From contig CM022670.1 of NCBI GenBank assembly GCA_012295275.1, positions 37,324,001 to 37,388,000 of the forward strand: a DNA stretch of 64,000 nt, in the 5' to 3' direction. The translations under genes were made by a program, and so were the position numbers. This document shows positions 11,807 through 25,004 of this stretch, in pieces. The notes under the pieces are model-generated. The model saw only the letters and a program-made list of their open reading frames with translations, was not told the DNA's origin and did no database searches. Source of the stretch: Chrysomallon squamiferum. Its lineage: Eukaryota; Animalia; Mollusca. The first letter of the stretch is position 1. Each line of letters begins with the position of its first letter.

Positions 11807-14800
11807 TAAAAAGAAAAAAAAAAAAAAGGGTGGAGCTCAAATAGTCGTTCATTGTTATGCTTAGTTATTAATTAACACTGGACAGCGGACAAAAACAACA
11901 AACATAACTTAGAACTTAGACCAAAATTCGCCATTATGCTTTTCACTGTAACAAGTGAAACACATTATTTCCAAGTGCGTCTATCAGAAACCAAGTTGTA
12001 TGTAATGAATTAGTCATTTTGACAACCAGAGCACACACCAAGCATCTTGAACATTACTTTAACAAATTTATTCGTTCCAAAGCAATTTTGTCCTGAAAGC
12101 CAAGCCACTTCAGCTGTAGTTATTTAATGTAGCACTAAAATATTTCGAAAAATAAATAACAGTTTGGAAGGATATACAATATACTTTTATTGCTTATTTT
12201 TGTTCCTGCATTTTGTTTTATATATGTTGATAATATCAGGAAATATTTATTCTAAGGAATATTATTACTGCCTGATGCTGGAAGTGCTTGTCTGTATTCA
12301 ATGGCATAGCGTAGCGTTTTAAACTTTGTACCGTCCCTAAACCTTAAGATTTAAACTATTTCGTACCTATTTTCCAACCTAAACCTTATTAAATTTATTT
12401 TCTATTTATTTATTTATTTATAAAATTTGCCTCTTTGCAAGCCATTTTATAATAAGCCAGTATTTTATAAAGAGATTAAAAATGACTGTTTAAAGGATAT
12501 ATTGAATTTTTTCAAAGCCCATTAAATTTATTTATCTTTTGTTTATCTATCTATTTATTTATTTATTTATTTATAAAATAAAATTGCCTCTTTAAAATAA
12601 CCATACAAATACATATGTTTAATAAGATAACTAAATAGATGTGAAATTGTATGTACATTATATTAAAAGATTTAAAATGACATGAACGTGACAGTTATTG
12701 GTAAATTTATTTATATATTTTATGAAATTTTTCAGTTATACCCTTTTAAAGAAAATATCCAATTCGAAAGTCACTTAAACTTTCCTGGCCCACTTGTTAT
12801 CGTCTTTATTTATTTAATTTTGAGAAACTTTTCACAACTGTTTGTCAAACAAATTCTCAATGCGACAACAACGTTATATTAAACTTTCATGTAAATTAGC
12901 AAGCAAATAATGTCCATGGGAAAAGTCTGAACTTTTTAAAATAAAATAATGTGGCGTCTAATTCAGAATATTTCAAACATAAATGCTGAATGTCTCGATC
13001 AGTGAAGTTGTCTTTTCTCTGCATATAGCAACGTCTGAATTTGCAGAAAAGCAAATAGCTCATGAAGTGTATTTATCTGTATTATACGCGTTTTTTCTTC
13101 TGCTGTTTGCTTATCTATCGCTTCAGGTTGTTCCCAGCATACATCCTGGATTAAACTTTGGCCAGAATCACGACCTTTTTTTTCACCAGACATCATCTTT
13201 CGTTCTGTAGATATGTCACATATATTCTGTTCACAACATATAAACGTGTAACTATAACAATTGAAGTACATTATATTGTTTGCACGTATGTACATTTCGT
13301 TAGTAATGCAAATGTGAATAAACGTTCTTAGCTAGATTTAGAAATTATCGTTTAAAAACATTTGAAGTCTGATACACGTCAGCAAACACCCACACAAAAC
13401 TGGAAGCCGGTATACGCCTATGTTAACAGTTATCAGTAAAAACATCAGCAAACTATTGATTACATATGTAATATTTAACTTGTTAAGAGCACAGATTAAG
13501 TTGCCAGTTTCGTAAGTTATGCAGTCTGCGATAGCAGGAAGTATTTCGCCACTTTATAAAGAATATTATCATGCTTCAAGGAGACAGCGCAACAAGGTAA
13601 CGTTTCACCAACCTTAAATCGATTAACGAAAAATGAATCCACTAATAATTACTGTTTCTATACAAATGGTATATATTGAATTGTTTAATTATTAATATTT
13701 GACAAAATTTAATATTCAAATTAGTAGGTTTGGAATTTTCAAATTATTAAGCGTACAGCATTGTACTACCAATACTACTACTACTACTGCTATTACCACT
13801 ACTATTAGTACAATTAGTACTACCACTATTATTATTATTAAAACTGTTATACTACAACTACCACTACTGCCACGACTACCACTGCTACTACCATAATACT
13901 AAAATGACTAGCATTTCAGTATTATTTGAATCAAAATAAATATCACTTAATTTGCCATTGAAAATTTATTTTATTCAAAATAAATATTCACTTTGACATT
14001 GAAAATTTGAGGAAACACGAAACCGGATTTGACATGTTAGGACATCTGCTTCTGACACAAACCGGACACAAAAATCAGAATGTAACAGGTTTAGACGACA
14101 CATTCACAATTCGCGCCTAACAGATATCATAGAGATAGTATCTACGTTATTAATAACACTAAAAAATAATAAATAAATAACACTTTTAAAAGAACTGTAT
14201 ACAGGTAATAACTGGGTTCTGTCGTAAGATATCAACTGTAAGTGTGCGTGCGTATGTGTGTTTGAGAATGTGACTGTATTTGTTCAATTCGTATGTAAAT
14301 ATGAATAATTAAGAACAATAACATATATCTAAAATAAGAAAAATAAAGACATTTTGAGTGCCTACTGATTCTCCAGTGTTTGCCTAATCGATTAAAAAGC
14401 ACGTTGTTGCACACTGGCACATATGCTGGTGTTTATTAGCGCTCAGCGAGGGACTGTCACACATAAATAGGAACAATATAATTAGCATTCACTCTCAACA
14501 AGACAGCAAACGCAGGTTGGTTACTGCTAATTTTGTTCATTATATTTTACAATGAATATTTTAATTTATTCATTCATCTTTGAAATTGGTTTGAGCAAAC
14601 AAAAAAAAAAAAGAAATAATATTATTATCGTTATAATTTATTATTATGGAAATTTACATCTAGTTTGGAAGTATGAGTGTTACGAGCATGTATATTATTT
14701 AATTTATTATTATTACAACGATCACCACTACTGCTTCTACTACTACTGACGAATCCTTCTTGCACTGTTACTAGCAGTATCATTATTTAAAGAGTTCGTT

Positions 14801-15306
14801 TTCATTTTGTGAAATTTAAATATTTTAAGACAGTCGCAATCAATGGTTTTGTGTTCGTATCAGTTTCCTTTCTTTCTTCTTCTTCTGTCTTTTTTTCAGG
14901 ACAGCCATTGTATATATTATCCGAAGACATTATTGTTATTGTTATTGTTATTGTTATGTCAGGTAACCCAGCTTATGGCAACAGTGTTTGAAAATAAACT
15001 GATTATTTGTTTTTGAAACATGAGCAGTTAAGCCTAACCCAGGTCAGGGTACGTACAATGCGACACATTTATAATAAGCTGGATAGTTTTCTAATATTAT
15101 TTCTGAAATATCTTTTATATCATTTCTTAATCTTTTTTTTTGTTTTTGTTTTTGACCTTTTGGGATAGGCATCATTTGTAAAATTACAAGTATTTAGTTT
15201 CATTTGGAGAAATTATATATACAGACACACACACACACATACACATACAGACATGTACTTTATTTTATTTTATTTTACACACACACACATATATATATAT
15301 ATCTGA

Positions 15307-15362
15307 CAAAAACCCTTAATAGGTGTTGTGAAGAATCTAAACAGCGGGAAATAATACAGAAA
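15307..15362 (+). repeat. Short dispersed repeat, copy 1 (aaaacccttaataggtgttgtgaagaatctaaacagcgggaaataatacagaa)
   Basis: Near-identical copy at ~19082-19135. Both follow (TTTTA)n and (TA)n tracts. Confidence 0.75.
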
Positions 15363-16359
15363 AGTATCTGTGTGTGCGTGCACGTTTCTGTACAACGCGA
15401 ATTTATTTACAGAATTCTGAACAGACAAAAAGTGGTTTATTATTCAACAAAATCCATATTCATTATAAAAAGAAAATAATAATAAAATTTTAAAAAACAT
15501 GTAATAGCTTACGAGCCATTGTAGCTGAATTTTAGCTGTGATACAATGTACTTTCTTCCTTGTAGTATATAGTAATATACATTTTTAGCATACTCACGGA
15601 TTAGCCTAAGGGATAGTCTTTACTTATAAATAGTTTGTCATAAAGGTATTCAGTACTTAGGACCTGGTGAATATATATCACGTATGAATATCGAACAAAA
15701 ATATATAAAGTGGACAGCATTATTATAAAATAATACCTATTGGCTCATAAAAGAAACTATATATGAGACCGCGAATGAAATCTTAACAACAATGGCTATT
15801 AGAGTTATCTTTCCTTTGGTAGTAGAAGTATATTAGTCCAGGAACTAACTTATTCATTTTAATGACAAATCTGCTGGATAAAGTGTTGTTTAAGTAAGTA
15901 TGTCTCATATTTTTTTACACAGCGCGGTTTTATTTTTATAATATTTTTAATCGTCGTTTGAAATTTTTGAAATTATGACACCATAAAAGACAATGTGAAT
16001 GTAAAAAGTATTAATATTATTATCATTGTTTTATTATTTATATTATTTGTTTATAATTATATATATTTTATATGTATACTATTACTATTAATCCGTCGAT
16101 TAGATACTTATAGTTTCGTGAATGGATGTCACCCGATATAAAAATTTACGTTCATCAGTTGTTTTTGTTGTCACAACGATGATTTTATGTTATTGTAGTA
16201 TAAATTAAATATAAAACGATATCGGATATATATAATAATATATCATTATATCATGATTCATATATCATTATATGATATGTATGTGTCATTCTGTATGCAT
16301 AAAATATATATATAGCACACTATATATAGTATATACGTGCATATATACACAAACACATG

Positions 16360-16408
<49 letters not shown>

Positions 16409-19041
16409 ACACTCACACACACGGTGTATACATACATACTTAAAACATGTAACTGAGTGACCAAATATGTATTACCATGTTTATATATAATATGTGACAT
16501 ATATAATATACATAGCTTAAGTATAGTTTGACATGTGTTATAATTATTGACCATTTGTTTTGACATTCTGAAATTTTGAAAAATTTATATTGAGGGATAA
16601 TCTACAAAGTAATCCAAACATAAACTAATGCTGATAATTATATGATTCATAATTAATAGAATATACATCTGATCGGTTTTAATTGTTTGCAACGTAGTTC
16701 AATTCTTCGCAGATTGATTACCCATTAAGAAAGATGAATATCACACACAACTTTGTAAAAAGACTAAATATAATGACATTCTTTACAGAACATCCTTTTC
16801 AATATTATAATTACATAAACAGTTAAAAGTACATTGCATTTCTGACACCATCTAATCTACTACTGAGAGAAGCAATAGGAGTTGTGAATCTAGATATTTC
16901 TAAACAAAGCATAAAACAAACACAGTGCATTTCTACAATTATTGAAAAACAAAACTGGAATAAATTGTGATGACTACCATTAGTACTAGTACTTAAGTTA
17001 TGTTGATGCAAGGTTCCCATCTAATCCATTGTTAATTGCAGCAGATAATTATTTTTTCATAATTTGCAGGTATGATTCGTCAACAGCCAGAATTATATAT
17101 ACCAAGACCTTTCACTATATATTCTAAAATAACTATCCAAATATAATATAGTGTGGCACACAGTAAAGTATTTATAGAAATGACTGACAGTGGTGCTACT
17201 GCTGTTAGTACTGCTAATTGTGATACATTTATTATTTACAATTAAACTTTTGACTGGAAAGTATATATCATTATTTTCTTTATCATGTTACTAAGTTCAA
17301 CAGTATCTAAATAGTTATGGTTAGAACTATAAATGTTTTATTAAATGACAATGATTCTGCCACATGGTACATAGAGCAAAGTTATCTACATTTTGGGTTA
17401 TCATTAGCAACCTTCAAAATGAAGACTGTTCTTTAGAATTCTGTTTTATAAAATGCAGTATCAAAGATTCCAGCTATTTACTTTTCTGATTTATTCATTT
17501 ATTTGTTGTATTCGTGTAAATAATTCTATATTAGACTAGGTACCGGCAGCCTAGCCGATATAATTGGTCGAAGCTTTTAAAAGTTCAGATTTTTTATCAA
17601 TTTTCCTCCACTCCCAAATCCCTTCTATAAATCCTACCATAAAAAACAAATACATGTAACTAAAGATCTTTATGTGCTCTTTTAAATGGTGTTGTTGTTC
17701 TTGTTGTATGTTAAATAATAAATTGATCATAAATTAATCAGTTTTAAAACATTACTTTTTGTTGATTGTTGATAAAATTCTATCAATGGTCAGATGATAG
17801 GTAACTTTTGTTTGCTATCAAATCACAGCAAATACAAAGCTAAGAAAATTATTTTATGTTTGCTTCAAATGACAGACTTACAACACCTGTGTCTTTATTT
17901 GCCTCTAGTCTCATGATTACATACATTTTATTGTCCCTAATTAATACCTGCAACACCTTTCTGGTGTTGATTCAAAGGATTAGCTGAGTTTATGTACTGC
18001 AAAGGATTATGGTTAAACATCAAATGCTTGTAGATCTTTTAAGTAACGATTCTTAACATATTACTACCAGTTATTTAATAGAGTGAAAATTGAAGCTGCT
18101 TATGTAAATAAAGTTGTGCTGTTCTTTATAAACTGAAAAGGTGATTTTTTTTTATAGGCTTGAAAGAATGTTTTTTTTTTTTTTACAAAAAAAAATGTTA
18201 GATTCAAGTATGTCATTTGAAAGATCTTGATAAAGTGTTCACAACACAGGTTGAATTTGTCAAAACCTGAAACCACAGTGTCTATTTGAACTTTTAGTCA
18301 TTCTGCCATGTGTCATTTTGAAGATTTTAGCATGTTTAGCATGTTATTGTTAAACACATACAAACATACAGGTCTGAAAAAAACTGAGCTCATTTAGCAA
18401 GTTGGTCCCATCACTCTTGTTGATTTTCAGCCTTTTGTGTTAATTACTTTTCAAATTACAGTTGGCCAAAGTAGCCCTTTCTGCTAATTAGCCAAAATAG
18501 GGCTGAAAACCAACCAAATACCTGTCGTACCGATTTGCACATATCTTCTTAACCACTGGAGATAGAGTCACAATGTTTTGTTGCGTGTTTTCATTCTTTT
18601 TGCTATAGCTTTCATTATGTGCTATTGTTTTCACATATTATGTGAAATTAAAGTCAGAAAAAATGTGCCTGCCAGTACCTAATTAAACAATCCTATTCTT
18701 GAAATTAAAGATAATGTAATAATCTCATTAATGTATATAAATATATATAAAAAAACATTTTAAATAACTCTTCCACAATAAAATATATAGGAAATCATCA
18801 AATTAGATCTTACAAGATCTAAAAACTACAAAAAGAACCTAAATAAAGCCATTATTTGTCAGCATGGAGATATAATAGGTATTTTCAGAAGATAATTTCA
18901 TAAATTTGTCATTAACAATTTATTTGAATAAATATTATAAGTAATAAAATCTGTTGATAGGAACACACTGGAATAGTGTAGGGATGTTTATACTAACAAT
19001 AATCTTTTATTTATTTTATTTTATTTTATTTTATTTTATTT

Positions 19042-19081
<40 letters not shown>

Positions 19082-19086
<5 letters not shown>

Positions 19087-19135
19087 CCGTTAATAGGTGT
19101 TGTGAAGAATCTAAACAGTGGGAAGTAATACAGAA
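19082..19135 (+). repeat. Short dispersed repeat, copy 2
   Basis: Matches ~15307-15362 with a few substitutions. Confidence 0.75.
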
Positions 19136-20379
19136 CGGTTTCAGTATCTTTAAAGTTTAACAGACTATTTGTCACAGTATAAAATGGGTTATATATAAGA
19201 TCACATACAAATCTCTATGTATACAGTTACTTAGGTTGCTGATACCAGTTCTCAGTCAACAGCTAAGTATCTGGTATCTTCCATCATTGTAATATAAACA
19301 CAGTTCCAATTACATTTATTGTACATTTGCCAGTGTATCATTACTAATGATAGGAAAAGTCAGAACATGTGTTATCATTGGCTTAAACACCTGATTCACA
19401 TTTTTACTGTTCACTACTAGTGTGACAACAGTTGAGAAACAGGTTATTTGACAATGAGTTGTGGAACTCTTGGATCAAGTACAGTAAGTTTCTTCTTGTA
19501 ACGGTGAATGGTGTAAAATTGTGAATTGTGAATTGTGAATTGCTATCTTAAATGTAGATATTCCAGTCAGAATTCAATCTTTATCTTTTGACAAAGATAG
19601 GAGTATGAGGATTTTGTCATTTAGTTTTGAGGGATGTTCATAAGATGGATGATGTTATGAGTAGTACACATGTTTTTTCATTGTTTACCTTTTTAAAGCA
19701 TTCAGTATTTCATACACTTCTGACATTTATAGATATTTTTCCAGAGATGTAATTTCATTCTGTAAAAGATAGTGTGTGGTTTGACAGCTGCTAAATTTCC
19801 CATTGTTAGTTTATGGATTGGCTGTCATCTGCAGAAATCTGGGATGTTTTGTTTGTTTTTTTAATTATTATTACTATAATTATTTTCACCTGTGCAGCAT
19901 GCATTTAACCTACGATATTGGTGTGTTTTCAACATTATTAAAAGTATAATATAATTTTCCTGTTTTATGTTACCTGTTATTGAACCTTTTATTTTGTAGT
20001 AATAGGCATTTCAACAAACTGAATGCAAGATACTTATTCAGATGTTTGAGATACACTGTAGTATTAATCTCTGGATCATTGTATTTTTATAATAAATATT
20101 TGGTGATAGTTATGTGGGAGTAATGACTCACGTAGCCTGACTTAGGAATTAAAGTTCAGGACTTTTTATATCCTGTTAGAGCAGGATATAAATGTATGTA
20201 TTGGATTTCAGGTGTTAATTAGTTTATTTGTGACATGCTGGCTACATGTCTACCACTTTGTGCTTTGTTCCATCTATAGTATTATTAATTGTATGTGATG
20301 ACCAGAATATTGCAGAGTTTTTCTTTAATTACTCTGTATTTGTTTAACTGTTCAATATATATTTTTTTTAAATCTCAAT

Positions 20380-20545
20380 ATTTGCTTAATTATCCAGTAT
20401 TTGTTTAATTATTCAGTATTTCTTTGATTACTCAGTATTTCTTTAATTATTCAGTATTTTTTAATTAATTAGTATGTCTTTCATTACTCAGTAATTTTAT
20501 TAATTACTCAGTATTTTTTTGATTACTCAGTATCTCTTTAATTCC
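20380..20545 (+). repeat. Degenerate ~20-bp tandem repeat (ttaattactcagtatttct) upstream of the IP6K acceptor at 20601
   Basis: Repeated attactcagtattt / attattcagtattt units are directly visible. Confidence 0.7.
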
Positions 20546-20667
20546 TTGGCATGTGTGTCATTATTCAGTGCTTTTTTTTTGTTTTTTTGCTGCTGTTTCA
20601 GGTGCTTGGTGAGGTCCAGAGGTGTTAGGTATTTAGCAGTTTATGGTTTTTACAGTGGCAGAACAGT

Positions 20668-20860
20668 ATGTTTGAGAAAGTGATCACAATGGACAACGCG
20701 CAGCCAATCCACCTTGATCTCTTCGACCACCAGGTGTCAGGCCACCATCTAATGCTGCGGTACGATGACACGACACTTTGTAAGAGCTTGACGCCAAGAG
20801 AACAGAGGTTCTATGAAAATTTACCCAACGAACTTAAAGAGTTTGTGCCAGAATACAGAG
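20668..20860 (+). CDS. IP6K: IP6K coding exon 1
   Basis: [64 protein letters not shown]|gtaatg. Confidence 0.92.
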
Positions 20861-23742
20861 GTAATGGGTTATTTAAATCTTTTTTATAATTTTTTTATCC
20901 CATTTAGATCAGATAGATCTAAGCATTTATATGTAGTAAAATTATAAATGTATATTTTTGTGTTGTATTTAAACCCAGGAATGTGACTTATCTAAATCCT
21001 GAATGTATTGTTTTCTGTAAACACAGAATCTTTTGTTTTGTGTGTGTTCTCAAACTCGGTTCGCTTTATGTCTATCTCTCTCCCCTGGCATTAAAACAGA
21101 CTGTTGTGGGTTGTTTTTTCTTTTTTTAGGTATCACTGCCTGAATTTTTGTTAAGATAGCACTGTATCAATTTCAGGTGTAATAGAAGTCCACATTGAAG
21201 AAAACTGTGAGGGCTACATAACCCTGATAGGACATCCTCAACAGCAGGGTGACACATTGGCGAACGAAATCCAGCAGCCACATGAACCAACAGACTCGAG
21301 TTCAGCTGTGTCCAGTGGAAGTGATAGTGAAACGTTGGCTTCTTCTCAGAATGCTGATTCCAAAACGTACGTTTGAAATGTCAGATGTAACTGTTGTAAT
21401 GTGAAAAAAAGAAAAAAAGAAAGGGGGGGACAAAGGGAAAGGCGGTTATTAGCAGTTAAAGGGAACAGAGAATATTAATTGTTAACGTTATTTGTATTTA
21501 ATAACAGCGCGAAATGAAGAATAAAAAGGCAGTTAATCTGTTTTTGTTTAACTGTTTAAATTAAATTATTACATCTAAAATATACAAAAAACATAGAAAA
21601 ATGTGTTATGCAGAATATAAAATATGCTAATCACTTTTTATTTACAATCTAAAAAGAGAAGTTTAGCTGTGAACATAAAACTGAAAAGTAATAGTACATC
21701 CATAAATAGTTTACTGTTTTTATTTGTTATTTATTTTCATTGTCTGTTTTATCAGCCGTAAGTTAATACTAACACCTAACATTAAAACAGGAGAAAAATG
21801 TGTTAAAAATTAAAATGAAACACATTTTATTTCATTGTTTTGTAGAAGTGTTATTCGAGTGTTGCACAATGGTAGTGTGGAGGTAAATGCGAAGAAGGAC
21901 AAGGTGTCATGGCGCAAAAGAACTGTTGTTAATCCTTGGGGCTTAAAATGTCACAAGGAGCATTTGTCCAAGTTGAGCCGATTTGGCCAGCACATGAATA
22001 AGTGTAGTATCCTTTTACACATACGTGAAAAGAGGTGGTTGATGTATGTATGAGGTGGTTGATGTATGTATGTAATAAACGAAAATGTTTGGTGACAACT
22101 AATATGATATCTATTAGGTCAAAAGATGACATACAAACGATATTTATTTTCTTATTTTCATTCTGAAAATTTTATATACCACAGTGATTAACTCAGCATT
22201 TTCTGAAATCTAGGATTTATATCTTTTAATAGAAATAAATTTCTTTGTTCTTAATTAGATATGTCTATGATTAAATAATGTTAAAAAGAATAATAATAAT
22301 TTAATTAAAAATACAGTGCTTATTTAGAATAATAATTCTTCATTCAAACCAAACTATAGGTCTTTTCAGTTGTTTTTAATGGTATCTTTTATGTTTTTTA
22401 GCCCTTGTTAACATATTTTTCGTGAAGTAAATCTTCCTGCTATGTCTTGAATTCTTGACTGATATCTGAGTTTATCCATAATGAAACTTAATACTTCATT
22501 CCCTTTTGTAAAGAAATTTTTACAACGTTAAATATGTCCAATATTTGTATTTAAAAAATCAATGCGAATTGCATTTAATTTTTTTCATTGAGATCATCAT
22601 ATTTATAAAACAAGTAATATTGACCTTAAAAATGACAGAGCAATAATAATCTTCCTTAAGTGTTATCAGAATTTATATTATTAGAAAATGTTGTTGCTCA
22701 GTTCCAGTATCCGTGTATACTGGATCTAAAGATGGGCACGCGACAACACGGAGATGATGCTTCAGACAGGAAGAGGGAACTTCAGATAAAAAAATGTGCA
22801 GCAACAACTTCCAAGTGCCTAGGAATGCGGCTAGGGGGCATGCAGGTCAGTATCTTTGGTTTTTTTGTTTTTAAATACAGACGTGAAATGTTTTTTTGTG
22901 TAGCGTTCAGTGAATGGAAAACGTGGTAAGAAGTGCCTTAGGTTACAAGACGAATCCTCAAAAGTGTTCAGACCTTGTCTGATTTGTGTTGGTTTTTTGC
23001 TGCTTATGAAAGATCTCTTGGATGTTAATTCTGAATGAACAGTCTGTTGCTTGGTGGCAGCAGGTTTCTGTATGGCCCTTATATGAGACCATGTAGCCAA
23101 AGCTAAAAATGTGTTAAAGGCATCATTAATGAAACTTCATTTCTTACTTCTTCTATGTTTATAGTGTCTTTTTTAATGCATACAAATAAAGTTACTACTT
23201 CTGCTACTATGTTTTTAAAAAATATATTTTTTTTAATGTAGGTTTATCAGCCAAAGACTGGGACGTACATCAACCATGACAAATATTACGGCCGCAGCCT
23301 GAACTCGAAAACTTCCATCAGGCTCTGTACCAGTTCCTGCACAACGGCTACGAGCTGAGGACGTCGCTGATTGAGTTCATCGTCCAGAGGCTGGAGAAGC
23401 TGTGCCAGGTGATAAAGCATCAGGATACATTCCGTTTCTACTCTAGCTCGTTGCTCATCCTCTACGACGGTGCTGACCACAAGAACGATGGCAGTGTCGA
23501 GATTAGCGACAGTTCCATTCCAGTGAGCGGTGACCCCCAGGCCGTCCCGCGAATCGGTGGGCGTGATCAGCGACGGTGTCCACGCGAAAGACAGACTGGA
23601 CGTGAGAATGATAGATTTCAGTCACGCGACGTTCGATGGTTTTGATGACGACTTCGTGCACACTGGACCACATTCAGGTTATTTATTTGGCTTGGAAAAT
23701 CTTATAAGACTGTTCCGGGAAATACAGTCGGAGAACAGTTGA
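20668..23742 (+). CDS. IP6K: Inositol hexakisphosphate kinase (IP6K1/2/3 family), 5 coding exons, ~406 aa, with two apparent frameshifts in the last exon as assembled
   Basis: Exons 20668-20860, 21177-21366, 21846-22006, 22670-22845, 23242-23742. Motifs are [34 protein letters not shown] (PxxxDxKxG), [13 protein letters not shown] (SSLL), VRMIDFSH (IDF) and [10 protein letters not shown]. The acceptor at 20601 implies upstream 5'-UTR exon(s). Confidence 0.92.
21177..21366 (+). CDS. IP6K: IP6K coding exon 2
   Basis: tttcag|[21 protein letters not shown]...SSQNADSK|gtacgt, phases 1/2 fit both neighbours. Confidence 0.85.
21846..22006 (+). CDS. IP6K: IP6K coding exon 3
   Basis: [13 protein letters not shown]...[17 protein letters not shown]...NKC, ends at the U12 donor gtatccttt. 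Confidence 0.88.
22007..22669 (+). other. U12-type (minor spliceosome) GT-AG intron in IP6K
   Basis: 5' site GTATCCTTTT, branch-like TTCCTTAAG at 22652-22660 about 10 nt before the AG, no polypyrimidine tract. Splicing restores K-FILLENV. Confidence 0.88.
22670..22845 (+). CDS. IP6K: IP6K coding exon 4 (PxxxDxKxG)
   Basis: [34 protein letters not shown]...LGMRLGGMQ|gtcagt. Confidence 0.95.
23242..23742 (+). CDS. IP6K: IP6K last coding exon (frameshifted twice as assembled)
   Basis: [20 protein letters not shown] / [12 protein letters not shown]...[13 protein letters not shown] / DVRMIDFSH...[21 protein letters not shown] read in alternating frames. Confidence 0.88.
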
Positions 23743-24965
23743 GAGAACGAAAAACTGTTCCGTTTTTCTGTGCATTCGGGTACCTCGTTATTTTGGCCTC
23801 TTTCACCAAGTGACTTAAATAAAAAATATTGATCTATTCTGCTGTTAAAATAATCTTGTTTTGTGAAATATTTAATTTTTTAATTTTTGAATATTAAGTG
23901 TCTTTTATTCGGTAATCAGTGGGACTGTTTTTTTTAGTGTTGTACACAGAAAGTGGACGATTTTAAAACCATTCTCCAATTTTCTTAAGTTTTAAATGCA
24001 CATTAGTGAAAATATTTGAAAATTGAAAAAGAAAAATTACTTGCAGTAATTTTCTAAAGCACCAGTATAGATTGTAATCATACCTTTATCTATTGTGTAT
24101 TTTATTTACATTTAATGTTAATATTACTAAATTTACTCCAATTTTTCAAAAATTTAATTTTTTAAATATTGCAAACTGAAATCAAATATAGCTGTTGAAT
24201 TCAAAATGACAACCAAGAGTTGCACTTAGATTTCACTAATATTAATCAGACTGTGGCACAAGATAAGAATTTCCAAATTATGTACAAATTATTTGATTAT
24301 TATGTTTTTAAATCGGTAGTTTTTCTAAAATTCATATTAGAAATAAATTGTTGGGATGGTTTATGAAATATTTGTGTATGTGTGTGTGTGTATTTGTATG
24401 TGTGTGTGTGTGAGTGTGTATGTTTATGTGTATATAGAGGTATTTGCTTATGTGTCTGTAAATTTATTTTATTGTTTTTTTTGCTCACATTAAAATTATT
24501 AGAAAGTTAAGGGATTCTTTTTACCTTAACCTCTGATACAAATCCATGATTTTCTTTCTAATGTTTTAATTTTTTTTATTAAAAAAGTTTTAGTTATTTT
24601 ATATGTAGTAGGGAAAAAAACCACGACAAAACTCACTTTCCAAATAGAATTTTAGTTTATGACTAATTTTAAATTATGTTATTTATATTTTTTGAGTATG
24701 TCTGCTTGTTTTTACAATAGAATTCCATTTGATAGTTACCTCTAATAACATTACTATTCTTAATCCTTTCATATTTCCAGATTAACCCAGAATGTAATTT
24801 TTTTTTACTATCATCAGTATATTATTATGATTTTATTTTCTTAAAATATTATTTACATTTCATAGCAACATTTTCAAACATTTTGTAAATACTTTTTTAT
24901 TCTTTTTTTTTATTGTTTTTTTATTATTATTATTATTATTTTTTTAATTTATTAATAAATTATTA

Positions 24966-25004
<39 letters not shown>

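Noticed and set aside
21129-21176. Alternative upstream acceptor for IP6K exon 2 (tttttttag|gtatc)
   Set aside because: Gives an in-frame TGA after four codons. The 21176 acceptor keeps the ORF open.
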